Shown one piece after another: positions 42,035 through 55,378 of a stretch of DNA of 64,000 nucleotides. How positions within the stretch are numbered: position 1 is the first letter of the stretch; the number at the start of each line of letters is the position of its first letter. The translations under genes were made by a program, and so were the position numbers. The notes under the pieces are model-generated. The model was not told the DNA's origin and did no database searches. It was given only the letters and a program-made list of their open reading frames with translations. Source of the DNA: Octopus vulgaris (lineage: Eukaryota); the NCBI GenBank assembly GCA_951406725.2, contig OX597818.1, positions 138,260,001-138,324,000 of the forward strand. The letters are read 5' to 3'.

Positions 42035-43385
42035 GAAACTATAAAAAGAAAAAGAAATAATATAAAAAATACAGGGAGAAAGAAAGTTAGAAAAAGTAAG
42101 AAAGAAAGAAAGAAAGACAAGAAAACTGTAAAAAGAAAAATATAAAAAAGAAAGGAAGAAAAAGGAGAGAAGAAAGAAAGGAAGGAAGGAAGAAAGAAAG
42201 AGATGCTGAGTCAGAGTTAAGAGAGGGTGAGAGAAAGAAAGAGCGTCTGAGATGGCAAAAAAGGAAGGAAAGAAATAAAGTCTCGTTTTCATTTTTAAGC
42301 GATAAAAATAATTTATTCCTTATAAAAAATAGAATGTCTTATAATTATAGGGGGTGTGAAAGAGGCACAGTTAAGATTTGTGTCTTTTGCTTCAGGACAT
42401 TAGGGGGGATATAAATGAATTTTACTTCTGCCACGCATACCGAAAACTAGGTCATGGACTTACTCCTCCGAAAATGTAACATATATTATGAATTTTTTTT
42501 TTCTCTTGTTTCAGTCATTTTGACTGCGGCCATGCTGGAGCACCGCCTTTAATCGAGCAACTCGACCCCGGGACTTATTCTTTTTGTAAGCCCAGTACTT
42601 ATTCTATCGGTCTCTTTTTGCCGAACCGCTAAGTAACGGGGACATAAACACACCAGCATCGGTTGTCAAGCAATGCTAGGGGGACAAACACAGACACACA
42701 AACACACACACATACACACATATATATATGTGTACATATATACGACAGGCTTCTTTCAGTTTCTACACACACATACATATATATATATGTACATATATAC
42801 GACAGGCTTCTTTCAGTTTCCGTCTACCAAATCCATTCACAAGGCTTTGGTCGGCCCGAGGCTATAGTAGAAGACACTTGCCCAAGGTGCCACGCAGTGG
42901 GACTGAACCCGGAACCATGTGGTTGGTTAGCAAGCTACTTACCACACAGCCACTCCTGCGCCTATGAATGATAATAATAACAATAAAAAGAATAATAATA
43001 GTAACGATGATGATTTAAGATTTTAGTACTAGGTTAGCAATATCAAGGGAATTCGGTTAGTCGATCATATTGATTCTAATCCTCAGTTGGTACTTATTTT
43101 ATCGACTTCGAAAAGATGAAGCGCAACGTCGACCTCGACGGAATTTGAATTCAAAACGTAGACAAACGAAATGTTGCTAAAAATTTTGCCTGACGCGCTA
43201 ACAAATCTGCCATGCTCGCTGCCTTGGCTCTAGTGGCTTCTGATCTTAACTGATTTCTCAGTATTACTGTATTATCATGTATTATCATGATTCCTGAAAT
43301 CAGTCCAACTGGAACCAGCAAACGATAGACGACAGTTGGGAGAACATCTCGTTATGTATGCTGTTAACTTTGCCGCCACAACTTT
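40803..43385. repeat. Perfect 95-bp inverted repeat (40803-40897 / 43291-43385)
   Basis: Base-by-base reverse complement: AAAGTTGTGGCGGC...GATTTCAGGAA vs TTCCTGAAATC...GCCGCCACAACTTT. Confidence 0.95.
42503..42963 (-). mobile_element. SINE-C with an internal ~58-bp tandem duplication
   Basis: TACATATATACGACAGGCTTCTTTCAGTTT occurs twice. Confidence 0.9.
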
Positions 43386-43929
43386 TGTCTTGGTATAAAA
43401 GATGGGCTACAACAAATATTCTGCTCAATACCTATTTCTTTATTACCCACAAGGGGCTAAACACAGAGGGGACAAACAAGGACAGACATAGGTATTGAGT
43501 CGATTACATCGATCCCAGTGCGTAACTGGTACTTAATTTATCGACCCCGAAAGGATGAAAGGCAAAGTCAACATCTCTGATCATGAGCAGTAGTGGGGGA
43601 GCATCATAGCCATGTGTTGAGAGGGATTCTTTGGGGTTTGAATAATTCACCTTTGGGAGCACGGGTGGTTCGTTCAACATCCTTAAACAACCTTTATTCA
43701 AGGACCGTTTGAGCGGGATGGGTTACTCGACCTGAAGAAAATTCTAACTGGGCCTCACCTGCAAGGTCATGCGATGTTTATCTTGCTATGAGGTCGCCAT
43801 GTCGCGCACATAAGGTTGTGATGCATGTGCCTGGTGCACCCTTATCAGACGGGTAGTTATGATGGGCATAGTGGGCTTCGTATATTTTACTCCAGTGCCA
43901 CTTTGATGGCATGTGCCGCTCTCTTGCTC

Positions 43930-43930
<1 letters not shown>
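43225..43930 (+). mobile_element. Probable non-LTR element 3' region ending in (AAT)n, interrupted by the templated insert and a minus-strand SINE-M (43432-43572)
   Basis: Complex sequence ending CTCAATAATAAT; resembles a recalled octopus interspersed repeat. Confidence 0.55.
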
Positions 43931-43983
<53 letters not shown>

Positions 43984-45084
43984 GCTAGAAGACCTGAGAG
44001 TAAAAGTTCAGTTCTCAGACTTTTACCCATGTCCGCCATACGACTTCCTTTATCATAGACACCTCATTGTCGAAGAGTTACCAGTTTTTTTCTCAAAATA
44101 GTCTCTTTTACTATAGATTTGGCTGACAAGATTCGTCCCATTAGTAGTGACATTTATTCGACGTGAATCTAAAACATTAGTAATCTACGGACATGGCATC
44201 AGTGCTGGACGGTTTTGTCCCCCTCCGTCCATTGCCTTCGAGATCAATTGCTAGTGGCTCCTTCACAACTATATCATCTGAGTTTATCCTGAACAGGTAT
44301 ATGTCCTGATATGTTAAACTGGCAGGTCAAGGCCTTTATGCTAATAATATCAATGATTTCTTTGGGACGCTACAGAAGGACAGTTTATAATTTAAGGGGT
44401 GGGGCTGACATAAAAGATGAGAAGAAATGGTGGGGAAAATAAGATAAACGTATACGTAGCGTACAAAATATGTGAATAGATCTACAATGCAGACCTTCTG
44501 ATAGAGAACTTCCAACTAGAACCAACAAAGAAACCCCACATATCCAGGGTCACCCTACCATTAAGGGCACAATCCCTCGTTCAACTGTTGTTTTCAAATC
44601 CACAGACACATACTTAGGGTAGGGCGTTCACCTTAATCGACAGGTGCATGCTTAGAATAGATCTATTCATCTTATCCATTTTTACCAGTCACTCACCTTT
44701 TGATACATTCACAGGAAGTGAGTACATTCCTCTCTATCCTCACTTTCCTTTCCAAGTGGAACTTTAAAAAGTTGATAACCGTAGAAGAAATAGTCTGTCC
44801 TCAATCTTTTAGCCTCGTGCACTACCTAGCTTCGAAACATATGTCGAGAATAAAGGAATTTTGTTAAATCGTCGTTCGACTCCATTCTTTCATTTATCTA
44901 TAAAAAAACACACAAATTTCCACACGAAAGCACGTGATTTCTGCTCTTGGCATGTAGCTTCAACCGTGCTTTCTGATGTAAATTTGCTACCCGGGTATCG
45001 GTTAGCCGAATTATCCATACGAGGATAATTCACTCAACTACTTAAACATTTATATATATATATATAGAGAGAGAGAGACAAGAC

Positions 45085-45672
45085 TGAGGAGGTGCTAGCA
45101 TTGCTCAGTAAGACCTTTGTCAGCCTCTCTCCACTTATCTATTTAAAATTGCATACGACAATGGTGCGTCCACACTTTGAATTTGCATCACCAGTCTGGA
45201 ACACCTATCTTGTCCAGCATATAAAATCCCGGGAAACTGTTCAGAAACGAGCAACGAAACGAATATCCGCCGTCAGGCATCTACCATACTCCGCATGACT
45301 TGCTTCCCTGGGCATAGATACATTGAAGCTGAGATGTCTGGCAACTGATTTGGTAGACACCCACAAGATTATCCACCGTCTTTCCAACAACAAACTTGGG
45401 CACCTTTTTGAATTCCATATGTCAAACGCTTGCGGACATGGTTATAAAATAAAAAGACAACACAACACCCATGACTTTCGGAAACATTTTTTCACGCTCA
45501 GAATTGCTGAAGCATGGAATAAACTACTCGCATCAGTTGTTAGCTGTCGACACACTACATCCTTCAAAACTTCCACGCTTCCTGAAATCTGCCAACTATA
45601 CAGATGATGGCTTTTTTTGTGTTTTTTTAGTTGTAGTGCACCTGAGCATTGTACACAACAATTTCCTTCATT
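45085..45672 (+). pseudogene. CR1-clade LINE ORF2 C-terminus plus 3'UTR
   Basis: LKLHTTMVRPHFEFASPVWNTY..ETVQKRATK..LPYSA*L..LKLRCL..DL..GHGYKI..RKHFFTLRIAEAWNKL. Confidence 0.9.
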
Positions 45673-45716
45673 ATAACATATATGCATATATATATATATA
45701 TATTTCTATATATATA

Positions 45717-45766
<50 letters not shown>

Positions 45767-45859
45767 TGCGTTCCGTCAAATAATAAATTAAAAAATAAAT
45801 AAAACATATGCATATATACATTCATATATGTACGTAAGGGGAATTTTCCTTGTTTTGTA

Positions 45860-46041
45860 TGTCCTGTACTCACGTGTATATATTTATATATGCATGTATA
45901 TATACATGTAGATGTAGGTACGTGCATATATGTATGTATGTATGCATATATTTTATTTATTACACTATTGTATGACTGAGCGCCCTCGCGTCGATTCGAT
46001 TCGATTCGTTCGTTTCGTTTCGTTCTTCTTCTCCAAGTACT

Positions 46042-46083
<42 letters not shown>

Positions 46084-46312
46084 TACTAAATAGTTGATTT
46101 TTACGTCTTCTTGTGGTGTCCTGTATGTATATATATTTATATATGCATGTATATATACATGTAGATGTCAGTACGTACATATATGTTTGTATGTATGCAT
46201 ATATTTTATTTATTACACTATTGTCTGACAGCGCTTCGCGTCGGGTTCGTTTGAATTTTCGATTTTTTCGAATTCTCACTTCGTTCCGTCTCTTTCCTCC
46301 CAGTTTGTTTTA

Positions 46313-46320
<8 letters not shown>
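45860..46320. repeat. Two diverged ~258-bp direct repeats bounded by (TA)n
   Basis: GTCCTGTA..TACATGTAGATGT..TATTTTATTTATTACACTATTGT..TCGCGTCG at ~45861 and ~46118. Confidence 0.75.
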
Positions 46321-46352
<32 letters not shown>

Positions 46353-46706
46353 CATTTGTTGTAACGCGATTTACAACGCGTTGGGTTTCACTTGAACGTC
46401 AAAGCCGACATTGTCAGGTTTAGTACCTTTTATCACTGTCAGGACATAAGCACATATACACGCTCAACACATATTTATATACACGCGTACATGCGTGTAT
46501 ATAAATACATGAGTGCGTGTATGTGTGTGCTTGTACGCGTTGTTTATGTTCGTGTTTATCTGTGAATGTAAATACGAGTAGCAGGGCAAGATGAGATGGA
46601 AAATGATTCAATCAACACACAACATTGTTATAGTCCAGCTGGCGTGTTCAGGTTAATCTATTGACAATGGACCTCCAATCTATTCAGAAACACCTCCACG
46701 TACACG

Positions 46707-46749
<43 letters not shown>

Positions 46750-46934
46750 TACACACATACAGACACGCACGTACGCGCACCCACCCACGAACCCACGCAC
46801 ACACACACACACATGTACATGTGAGAAAGGGGGAGAGTGAGATAGAAAGAGAGAGAAAGAGGAAGAGAGAGAGTGTGTGTGTGTGAGAGTGTCTTTATTT
46901 CTAATTTTGTATGTGCATACACACACACACACAT

Positions 46935-46970
<36 letters not shown>

Positions 46971-47106
46971 GCGCACACACACATATATATATATATAATA
47001 TATCGTCAGTAATTCATAAATCCGATATAAGAACGCACTCTAAAGCATTAAACACATACACACACACAAACATAGAAACACACAAATGCACACATTCACA
47101 CACGCG

Positions 47107-47166
<60 letters not shown>

Positions 47167-47362
47167 TCACAATGACTGCGTATGAATGTGCGTGTGTATT
47201 TATATATGTGTGTGCAAAAGTGTGTAAAATTAGCGACTTCCAGCAAAATGTGGAATATACAGAAGTGTCATAAAAATTACTCTTACTACGAATACTGCTG
47301 ACGGGGGATGGGGTGAGTATTATGCTTATGATGATGATGGTGATGGTGGTGGTGATGATGGC

Positions 47363-47402
<40 letters not shown>

Positions 47403-47417
47403 GATGATGATGATGAA

Positions 47418-47462
<45 letters not shown>

Positions 47463-47516
47463 AGTGGTGGTGATGATGATGATGATGATGGTGGTGATGA
47501 TGATGAAGATGATGAA

Positions 47517-47553
<37 letters not shown>

Positions 47554-48191
47554 GTGGTGGTGATGATGATGATGATGATGGTGGTGATGATGAAGATGAT
47601 GATGATGATGGCAGTAAATCAATAAAGACGAGAAAGTGAATGGAATTAAATATTTGAAATGCAAATAGAAAACCCGAAATAAGAAGGGTGAACCCCTCCT
47701 GAACATGTGTTTTATAACAAAGTGACACGGTTGTGGTGGTGGTGGTCGTCGTCGCCGGGGTTGTGGTCGTAGTGGTAGTCATCGTGTTGTTGTTGGTGGT
47801 GGTGGTGGTGGTGGTGGTGTGACTGGTTGGTGGGTGTTGTCGTTGCTTAGTCCCGGGGCAAAACCCTCATCAAGCAGCGATTTATGATTAATGGTTTTCC
47901 GATCGTGACCATCCTACCTTTATTTATTTATTTATTTATTTATGCCTATGTGCAGTGAAAAGCAGAGTCCCGTAATTCAATGTATTCTTTTTTATATTTC
48001 TAAAACAGTTCAAAGGCGCTCCAACCTTTACCAACCTGTTTTATTTCCAGAAGTAGTATAATGAGGACTACATTTGTTGCAATCTTTGTTTAACGCAGCA
48101 GTGTACGAGTTCAGGTAGATTTGGTCGTTAATTCTAACAGGTCGAGCGACCAATTAAGGGTTTCCTCTCGATCATAAAAGCATGGTTGTTA

Positions 48192-48554
48192 TGTGGAAGC
48201 ACTCCGTCGGTTACGACGATGAGGGTTCCGGTTGATCCGAATCAACGGAACAGCCTACTCGTGAAATTAACGTGTAAGTGGCTGAGCACTCCACAGACAC
48301 ATGCACCTCGGGGATATTCAGCGTGGCACAGAGAGTGACAAGGCCGGTCCCTTAAAATACAGGTACAACAGAAACAGGAAGTAAGAGTGAGAGAAAGTTG
48401 TGGTGAAAGAGTACAGCAGGGATCACCACCACCCCCTGCCGGAGCCTTGTGAAGCTTTAGGTGTTTTCGCTCACAACGCCCGGTCTGGGAATTGAAACCG
48501 AGATCCTATGACCGCGAGTCCGCTGCCCTAACCACTAGACCATTGCGCCTCCAC
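48192..48554 (-). mobile_element. SINE-R with small internal deletions (duplicate at 57780-58140)
   Basis: Reverse complement of 398-784. Confidence 0.9.
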
Positions 48555-48656
48555 AGATTGCTATGTACTGTGGTACAAATAAAAGAGCGATACGGAATGC
48601 ACAATAAGTATTGTTCTGAAAACACATCTAGAAAGGTAGAAAAATATTATATGTGT

Positions 48657-48706
<50 letters not shown>

Positions 48707-48841
48707 TTCTGGTCGACTTTGCCTTTTATCCTTTCGGGATCGATAAATTAAGTACGAGTTGTATACTGGGATCGATCTAATCAACTGGCTTGCCCTCCCC
48801 AAAAATTTCGGGCCTTGTGCCTAGACTAGAAAAGAATATTA

Positions 48842-49472
48842 TTATTATCTCCGCCTCAGCGAAGGCTGAGGTATTGTTTCCAGTCATGTTTGTTTGTTTG
48901 CTTGTCCGTGGACAAGATATCTCAAGAACCGCTGGATGGATTCGGACGAAACTTTCAGGGATGTTTCGTCTTGTGATTGGCATGAACTGATTAGATTTGA
49001 GGATCGATCCGTACCGGACAAGGATTTTGGATTATTTGTTATATTTACTTTACTTTACATTATTACGATCTTACGTTTACTTTCAAGTCTTTCACAGTTA
49101 TCCCCCTTAGTTTGTAATTGTTTTGAATGATGAATTTATTAACTTTGGCTTGTATTAGATAAGGATAAACTATCTATTTATTACTGTTACTAAATTTTCT
49201 ACAGCCACCTTCACATTCCATGACTAGCACTGGGATCGATCAGGCGCCGGACAAGGATTCTGGATTATTTTCCTGTTGTTTTTTTGTTTTTGTTGTTGTT
49301 GTTTTTTTTACTTAATTTTTGGGAGCGGTCGGGTTCGTTTTTAGCATTCTCGTATGTGAGAGCAGTCGAGTTTATTTCAGATATTCTTCTTTTTCACAAT
49401 CATCTCCGGCTAATCGTTGAGAGGAATTTGGTGTTGCCTTGTCGGGGGTTTGCACTCTCTGAGTGTTCTTGT
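48842..49472 (+). mobile_element. HINE/DINE-1-like non-autonomous Helentron (duplicate at ~58428-59058)
   Basis: 5' TTATCTCCGCC with hairpin CCTCAGC-gaag-GCTGAGG; (GTTT)n; internal repeat CCGGACAAGGATT.TGGATTATTT; 3' hairpin CACTC-tct-GAGTG before CTTGTT. Confidence 0.75.
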
Positions 49473-50617
49473 TATTATTAAGGTGGCGAAGGCGAGGAAG
49501 GTGGGGAGTTGGCAGAATCGTTAGCATGCTGGGCAAAATGCTTAGCGGCATTTCGTCTGTCTTTACGTTCTGGGTTCAAATTCCGCCGAGGTCGACTTTG
49601 TCTTTCATCCTTTCGGAGTCGATAAATTAAGTATCAGTTGCGTACTGAGGTCGATCTAATCGACTGCACCACTCTTCTCTTAAAATTTCAGAAAGGATTA
49701 TTTTAGACCGCGAGTTGGCAGAATCGTTAGCATGCCGGAAAAAAAATGCTTAGTGACATTTCGTCTGTCTTTACGTTCTGCGTTCAAATTCTGCTGAGGT
49801 CGACTCTGCCTTTTATCCTTGTGAGGTCGATAAAATAAGTATGTGAGTCTGCGTGTGTATATGCGTGTGTGTGTTTGTGTGTGTGTATGTGTGTGTGTGT
49901 GTATGTGCGTGTGTGTGTGTGTGTGTATGTGCGTGTGTGTGTGTGTGTGTGTCCACGCGCGTGGGTGTATCTGTGTGTCTTTGTGTATAGGTAAATACAT
50001 GAATTTACCTATACACAAAGACACACGTGTGTGGCTAATGTCAGTCAGCAATGGGACAATGTAAAGTATGTGTGTGTATTTGTATTATCACTTTATGAGT
50101 AAATGTGTTTCTGTGTGTGTTTGTGTGTGTGTCTGTGTGTGTGTCTGTGTGTTTGTGTGTGTAAAAGGCGAAAGCGGTTGTGGGAGAAAAGCTCCTAAGA
50201 ATGAAAAGGAGGTGAAAAAGATGTGTGAAGGGTTAAAGCGTGGTTGATGGTGTAAAGAGAGAGGCGAGGGGGGGAGATATCTGGACTGAGTGAATGTTCA
50301 TGTTTTGGAAGCATGGAGAGAAAGCAGAGAGGAGTAAAGAGGGGTAGGAAGAGACAGCTGGCAGAGAGAGGGTTAGGGAGTGACAGATGACAGAGAGAGA
50401 GAGAGAAGGGGGAGATACAGCGAAGAAAGAGAGAGAGAGAGAAGGGAGGGGGAGATACAGACAGCCAAGAGAGGAAAGGGAGAGAATGATGGCATAAAAG
50501 GAGATGGAAAATTTGTAAGGGACAGAACTTAGTTGAAAAAAAAAAGAGGAAAAAAAGGGAAAAAGGAAAATGTGAAGAAAATACTGTTAATAGTGAGTAA
50601 GGGGGAGAGAAAGGAAA

Positions 50618-50654
<37 letters not shown>

Positions 50655-50758
50655 GGAGAAAGAGGAAGTGTTTGTGTGTGTGTGTGTGTGTGTGTGCGAG
50701 CGTGAAATGAAGGATTTTATGATGCATTAATATGGAAAACAACAACAACAAAAACGAC

Positions 50759-50790
<32 letters not shown>

Positions 50791-50828
50791 TAATAATAAT
50801 AATGATAATAAAAATGGTAATAATAAAA

Positions 50829-50877
<49 letters not shown>

Positions 50878-50915
50878 TAATAATAATGATGATAATAAAA
50901 ATGGTAATAATAAAA

Positions 50916-50969
<54 letters not shown>

Positions 50970-51360
50970 GTAATAATAATATGAACAACAACACCACAAC
51001 AATGGTAGGAAGAAGCTGGAAGCTATGTCGCTTCCGCTATAACCAAAATGATATATGTGTGTGTGTACGTGTGAGTATGTATGCATGTATGTATGTGTAT
51101 GTATGCATTTGTATGTGTAAGTACGCATCTGAGTGCGTGTTAATATTGGAAGAAGGAATGCCATCAGCAGAATTGTAAGCCGTGTAGAGAGAAATGGAAC
51201 ATATTTCAAAGAATCAGATGACAGCTAAGTATTTATGCTAGTTTCGACAGTGATAGCTACAATAAGTACAACAACAACAACAAAAGCTACAAATGGACTG
51301 TCACAGAAGGAATGGACCATCTGCGTGGACACTCATCCAGGTAGAAATAACAGACAAATA

Positions 51361-51583
51361 AGGCAGCGAGCTGGCAGAAACGTTAGCGCACCGGGCGAAA
51401 TGCTCAGCGGTATTTCGTCTGTCGATACGTTCTGAGTTCAAATTCCGTCGAGGTCGACATTGCCTTTCATCCTTTCGGGATCGATTAAATAAGTACCAGT
51501 TACGCACTGGGATCGATTTAATCTGTTTGTCTGTCCTTGTTTGTCCCCTCTGTGTGTAGCCCCTTGTGGGTAGCAAAGAAATA
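51361..51583 (+). mobile_element. SINE-M tail-B with 18-bp TSD (duplicate at ~60931-61155)
   Basis: AGAAATAACAGACAAATA at 51343-51360 and 51584-51601. Confidence 0.92.
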
Positions 51584-51774
51584 AGAAATAACAGACAAAT
51601 ATTACTGAAACTGTAAATTGCCGTGTCGAAAAGAAGGAAGTACGCAGTGGATAATGTAGATGTGAATGAATGCACTAGGTCTGAAGTAAAGTTGGGACGG
51701 GCATAATTGGAAAGTTTTTGATTACAGGTATGATTATGAGAGCTGATCTTGTGTTGTATGACAACAGCAACCAC

Positions 51775-52336
51775 AGTGGAGGCGCAATGGCCCAGTGGTT
51801 AGGGCAGCGGACGCGCGGTCGTACGAACGCGGTTTCGATTCCCAGACCAAGCATTGGGAGTGTTTATTGAGCAAAACACCTAAGCACCACGAGGCTCCAG
51901 CGGCGGGAGGGTGAACCCGCTGTATTTTTTCACAACTTTCTCTCGCTCTTTCTTCCTACTTCTGCTACAAAGCAGAGGAACCATGGTGTAACCCACTATG
52001 GTGTGGTAAAACTTTCAGATCCTAGTCTAGATTGCGAATCCTCTGTACCCCAGGATGGTTCAGCTCCTCACCCGTTAAAAGCCACCATTTACGGAATGAG
52101 GATAACAATGTAACTTTCGCGCCCGTGCAACTGCCAGTCTATCGCGTGTGGTGGGTGGATCTTCAAGTTGCCACACACATTCTTAGTAGCTTAGAGTAGG
52201 CTCGAATTAGAGATTATTCTTTGTGGCTAATGGCGTGAGTCCTGATTAGAAGAAGAAGAAGAAGAAGAAGAAGAAGAAGAAGAAGAAGAAGAAGAAGAAG
52301 AAGAAGAAGAAGAAGAAGAAGAAGACTGAAGAAGAA
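51775..52336 (+). mobile_element. Chimeric SINE: SINE-R head, unrelated structured body, (GAA)n tail (duplicate at ~61346-61907)
   Basis: 12-bp TSD AACAGCAACCAC at 51763-51774 and 52337-52348; first ~190 bp match SINE-R. Confidence 0.85.
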
Positions 52337-52668
52337 AACAGCAACCACGAAGCTGTTACAAAATAATAACACGAACAAATACTATGAAAGTTACAGCTAC
52401 AATAACAATAATGATAACAGCAGCAATAACAAATACAGAGCAACAGTAACAACTGTTACAATACAATAACAATAATATTGGTTTCAAATTTTGGCAGTTA
52501 CATCGACCCCAGTGCGTAACTGGTACTTATTTTATCGATCCCGAAAGGATGAAAGGCAAAGTCCAACTCGGCGGAATTTGAACTCAGAACGTTGCGGCGG
52601 ACGAAATACCGCTCAGTATTTTGCCCTGTGGGCTAACGATTCTGCCAGCTTGCTCTCTTAATAATAAT

Positions 52669-53213
52669 TGCTCTGGAAACCACGGCCTACAGAGAGCAAG
52701 GACATGGTATGAGCAAACTCCAGAGGGAGCCACCGAAAATGAGAATCTCAAAATCCTATGAGATGTAATGATCCAGTGAGATGCAATGATCACCCGACCG
52801 GACAAAGGAAACTGGACATTGTTGTGGTGAATAAAAAAGAAAGAACATGTATGGTAAGCGACATGACATCTTCCGGTGACAACAGGATCAATGTGAAAGA
52901 AGAGGAAAAAATAAACAGCTATGACGATTTAAAGTGGGAAATGCGAAGGTTGTGGTCAATGAAGAGAGTAAACGTGATACCAATAGTTACAGATGCACTC
53001 GGAAGTATCAGCACTCAACTACCAGCATGGCTGCAAAGATCGGTGCAAGTGTGAAGGTGCACCACCTACAAAAATCAGCATTGCATGGAGCTGCAAGGTT
53101 TCTTCGCAGGTTTCTTGAAACATGACCAGTAAAACAGACGTCATCTTAGTCTGCTGGTTGTGGACAGCTGACACTTTCCATCATACCCAGCAAAATAAGC
53201 TGTGAGTTTTCAT
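52669..53213 (+). pseudogene. R4/Dong-clade endonuclease C-terminal fragment, second family
   Basis: WYEQTPEGATENENLKIL..RKLDIVVVNKKERTC..KEEEKINSYDDLKWEMRRLW..VIPIVTDALG..LQKSALHGAARFLRRFL*; flanked by TAA/CAA repeats. Confidence 0.88.
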
Positions 53214-53414
53214 ATAACAACAACAACAACAACAATAATAATAATAAGGAAGGCAAAGTCGACCTCGGTGGAATTTGAACTCAGAACGTAACGGCAGACG
53301 AAATACTGTTCAGCATTTCGCCCGGCGTGCTAACGATTCTGCCAGCTCGCCAACAACCTCATCGTTGCATATAACAAGAGCATAACTGAAACGACGCCAC
53401 AACATTATATATAA

Positions 53415-53801
53415 CTAGCAGTATCGCCCGGCGTTGCTCGGGTTTGTAAGGAAAATAACTATATAAGCATTTTAGAAAGTTATAGCCAAAAAATAGCAAA
53501 AAAATGGAAACAAAAATGAGGGTAAATTTTTTTTAAATCGTTGACTCATCGTAGACATTTTTAGAGAGTTACTTCCCTTATATAATAGCGAAAAAAATGC
53601 ATTAAAATGGAAAAAATTGATGGTAAATTTTTTTTTAAATCGTAGACTCATCGTAGACGCGCGCTAATACCCAGAAGGGCTCGATATGAATCGCGACTAT
53701 AAGATACACGGTTTTGGTTAAACTGCACCGCAAAATGTGGGAGTAGTTGGGAATCTAAATCGTAGGAGACAGACACACAACCTTACTTTTATATATAAAG
53801 A
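53415..53801 (-). mobile_element. Non-autonomous Helitron (duplicate at 63119-63505)
   Basis: Minus strand 5'-TC...CTAG-3' between host A and T; subterminal hairpin CCCGGCGTTGCTCGGG (53427-53442); no TSD. Confidence 0.85.
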
Positions 53802-54597
53802 TAGCAACAGCAGCAACAACAGCAACAACAACAACAACAACAACAACAGCAATAACAACAACAAGTACAATAGCAAAACTAACAACAACAAAAACATCTA
53901 AAAATAACTTTGCTTCAACAACAAAAACAATAACAACTGCTGCATTACACATATATATATATATATACAACAACAACAACAACAACTACAAAAATATTCT
54001 CGACACCACCAACACCACCACCATCAACAACAACAATGATTTCTCCTCCGCCCCTCTTTTTTTACCGTTGCTTTCCCTTAATTGTTTGTTCACAGACCGT
54101 AGCCAGTAGGCATTGCGCATGTCTTCCCATGGTGCAATTCACTGGAATTACCTCTGGTTACAGAATTTCTTACCAAATAGATTTTGGGTTCGTTAACATA
54201 CAACAACGATTCTTCATTGATGCAGAAATGGAGGGAAGGGGGGTAAAAGACGGTGGGGGGGTCATACATACACACATACATACATAGACACACACACATA
54301 GACGCACACACATAGACACACACACATACATACAAACATACATACAAACATACAGACATCCACACACACGCATGGACATACATAGACACATACATATACA
54401 TAGACATACAATCTCCTCCTTCTACACACACACACACATACACACTTCTAATCTCGCGTACTCATTCAGCTACAAATACACACACACACAACCACACACA
54501 CACACACACACAACCACACACACACACACACAACACACACACACACACACATTTCATGCTCACACTCGCTCATGACAAAAGTAACAGCACAAGTCAC

Positions 54598-54633
<36 letters not shown>

Positions 54634-55116
54634 ACTCTCTCTCACTCTCACGCTCTCTCATGCGCGAACGCGCTCATTCACACACTCTCTCTCTCTCTTC
54701 TACCTCTCCCTCTTCCTCTCTCTCTTCTTCTCTCTCACTCTCTCACTTATACTCTCTTTTTCCTCAAAAGCATACACTCTTGCTCTTACAGATATCCACA
54801 TTCGCCATCCCTTTTTCACGGTTTCCATCTCTGTGTCCCTCTGTCTCTCTCTCTCTTTCTCTCTCTCACCCTCTCTCTTTCACACACACATACACACAGG
54901 CAAATACGTATACATAGTCCTTCTCACACACAAACACTTTCTCTCGCATACACTCTCACTTAGTCCACTCTCACTCACTCACACACTCTCTCTCCCTCAA
55001 ACACGTACACATGCATACATATACACCTCCCCTACACGCACACTCTCTATTTCACTTCCAAATCCCATTACTCCAACACTGCAACCACTAGCACCATCAC
55101 CACCACCACCACCACC

Positions 55117-55304
55117 ACTTGTTTCAGTTATTTGACTGCGGCCATGCTGGAGCACCGCCTTTAGTCGAACAAATCAACCCCAGCACTTACTCTTTTGTAA
55201 GCCTAGTACTTATTCTATCGGCCTCTATCGCCGAACCGTTAAGTTACGGTGACGTAAACACGCCAGCATCGGTTGTCAAGTAATGTTACGGGAGGACAAA
55301 CATA

Positions 55305-55378
<74 letters not shown>

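Larger units (their letters stand above)
47621..54295 (+). repeat. Copy 1 of a ~6.7-kb near-identical direct duplication
   Basis: AATAAAGACGAGAAAGTG starts both 47621 and 57209; identical ORFs at ~9.6-kb offset. Confidence 0.97.
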
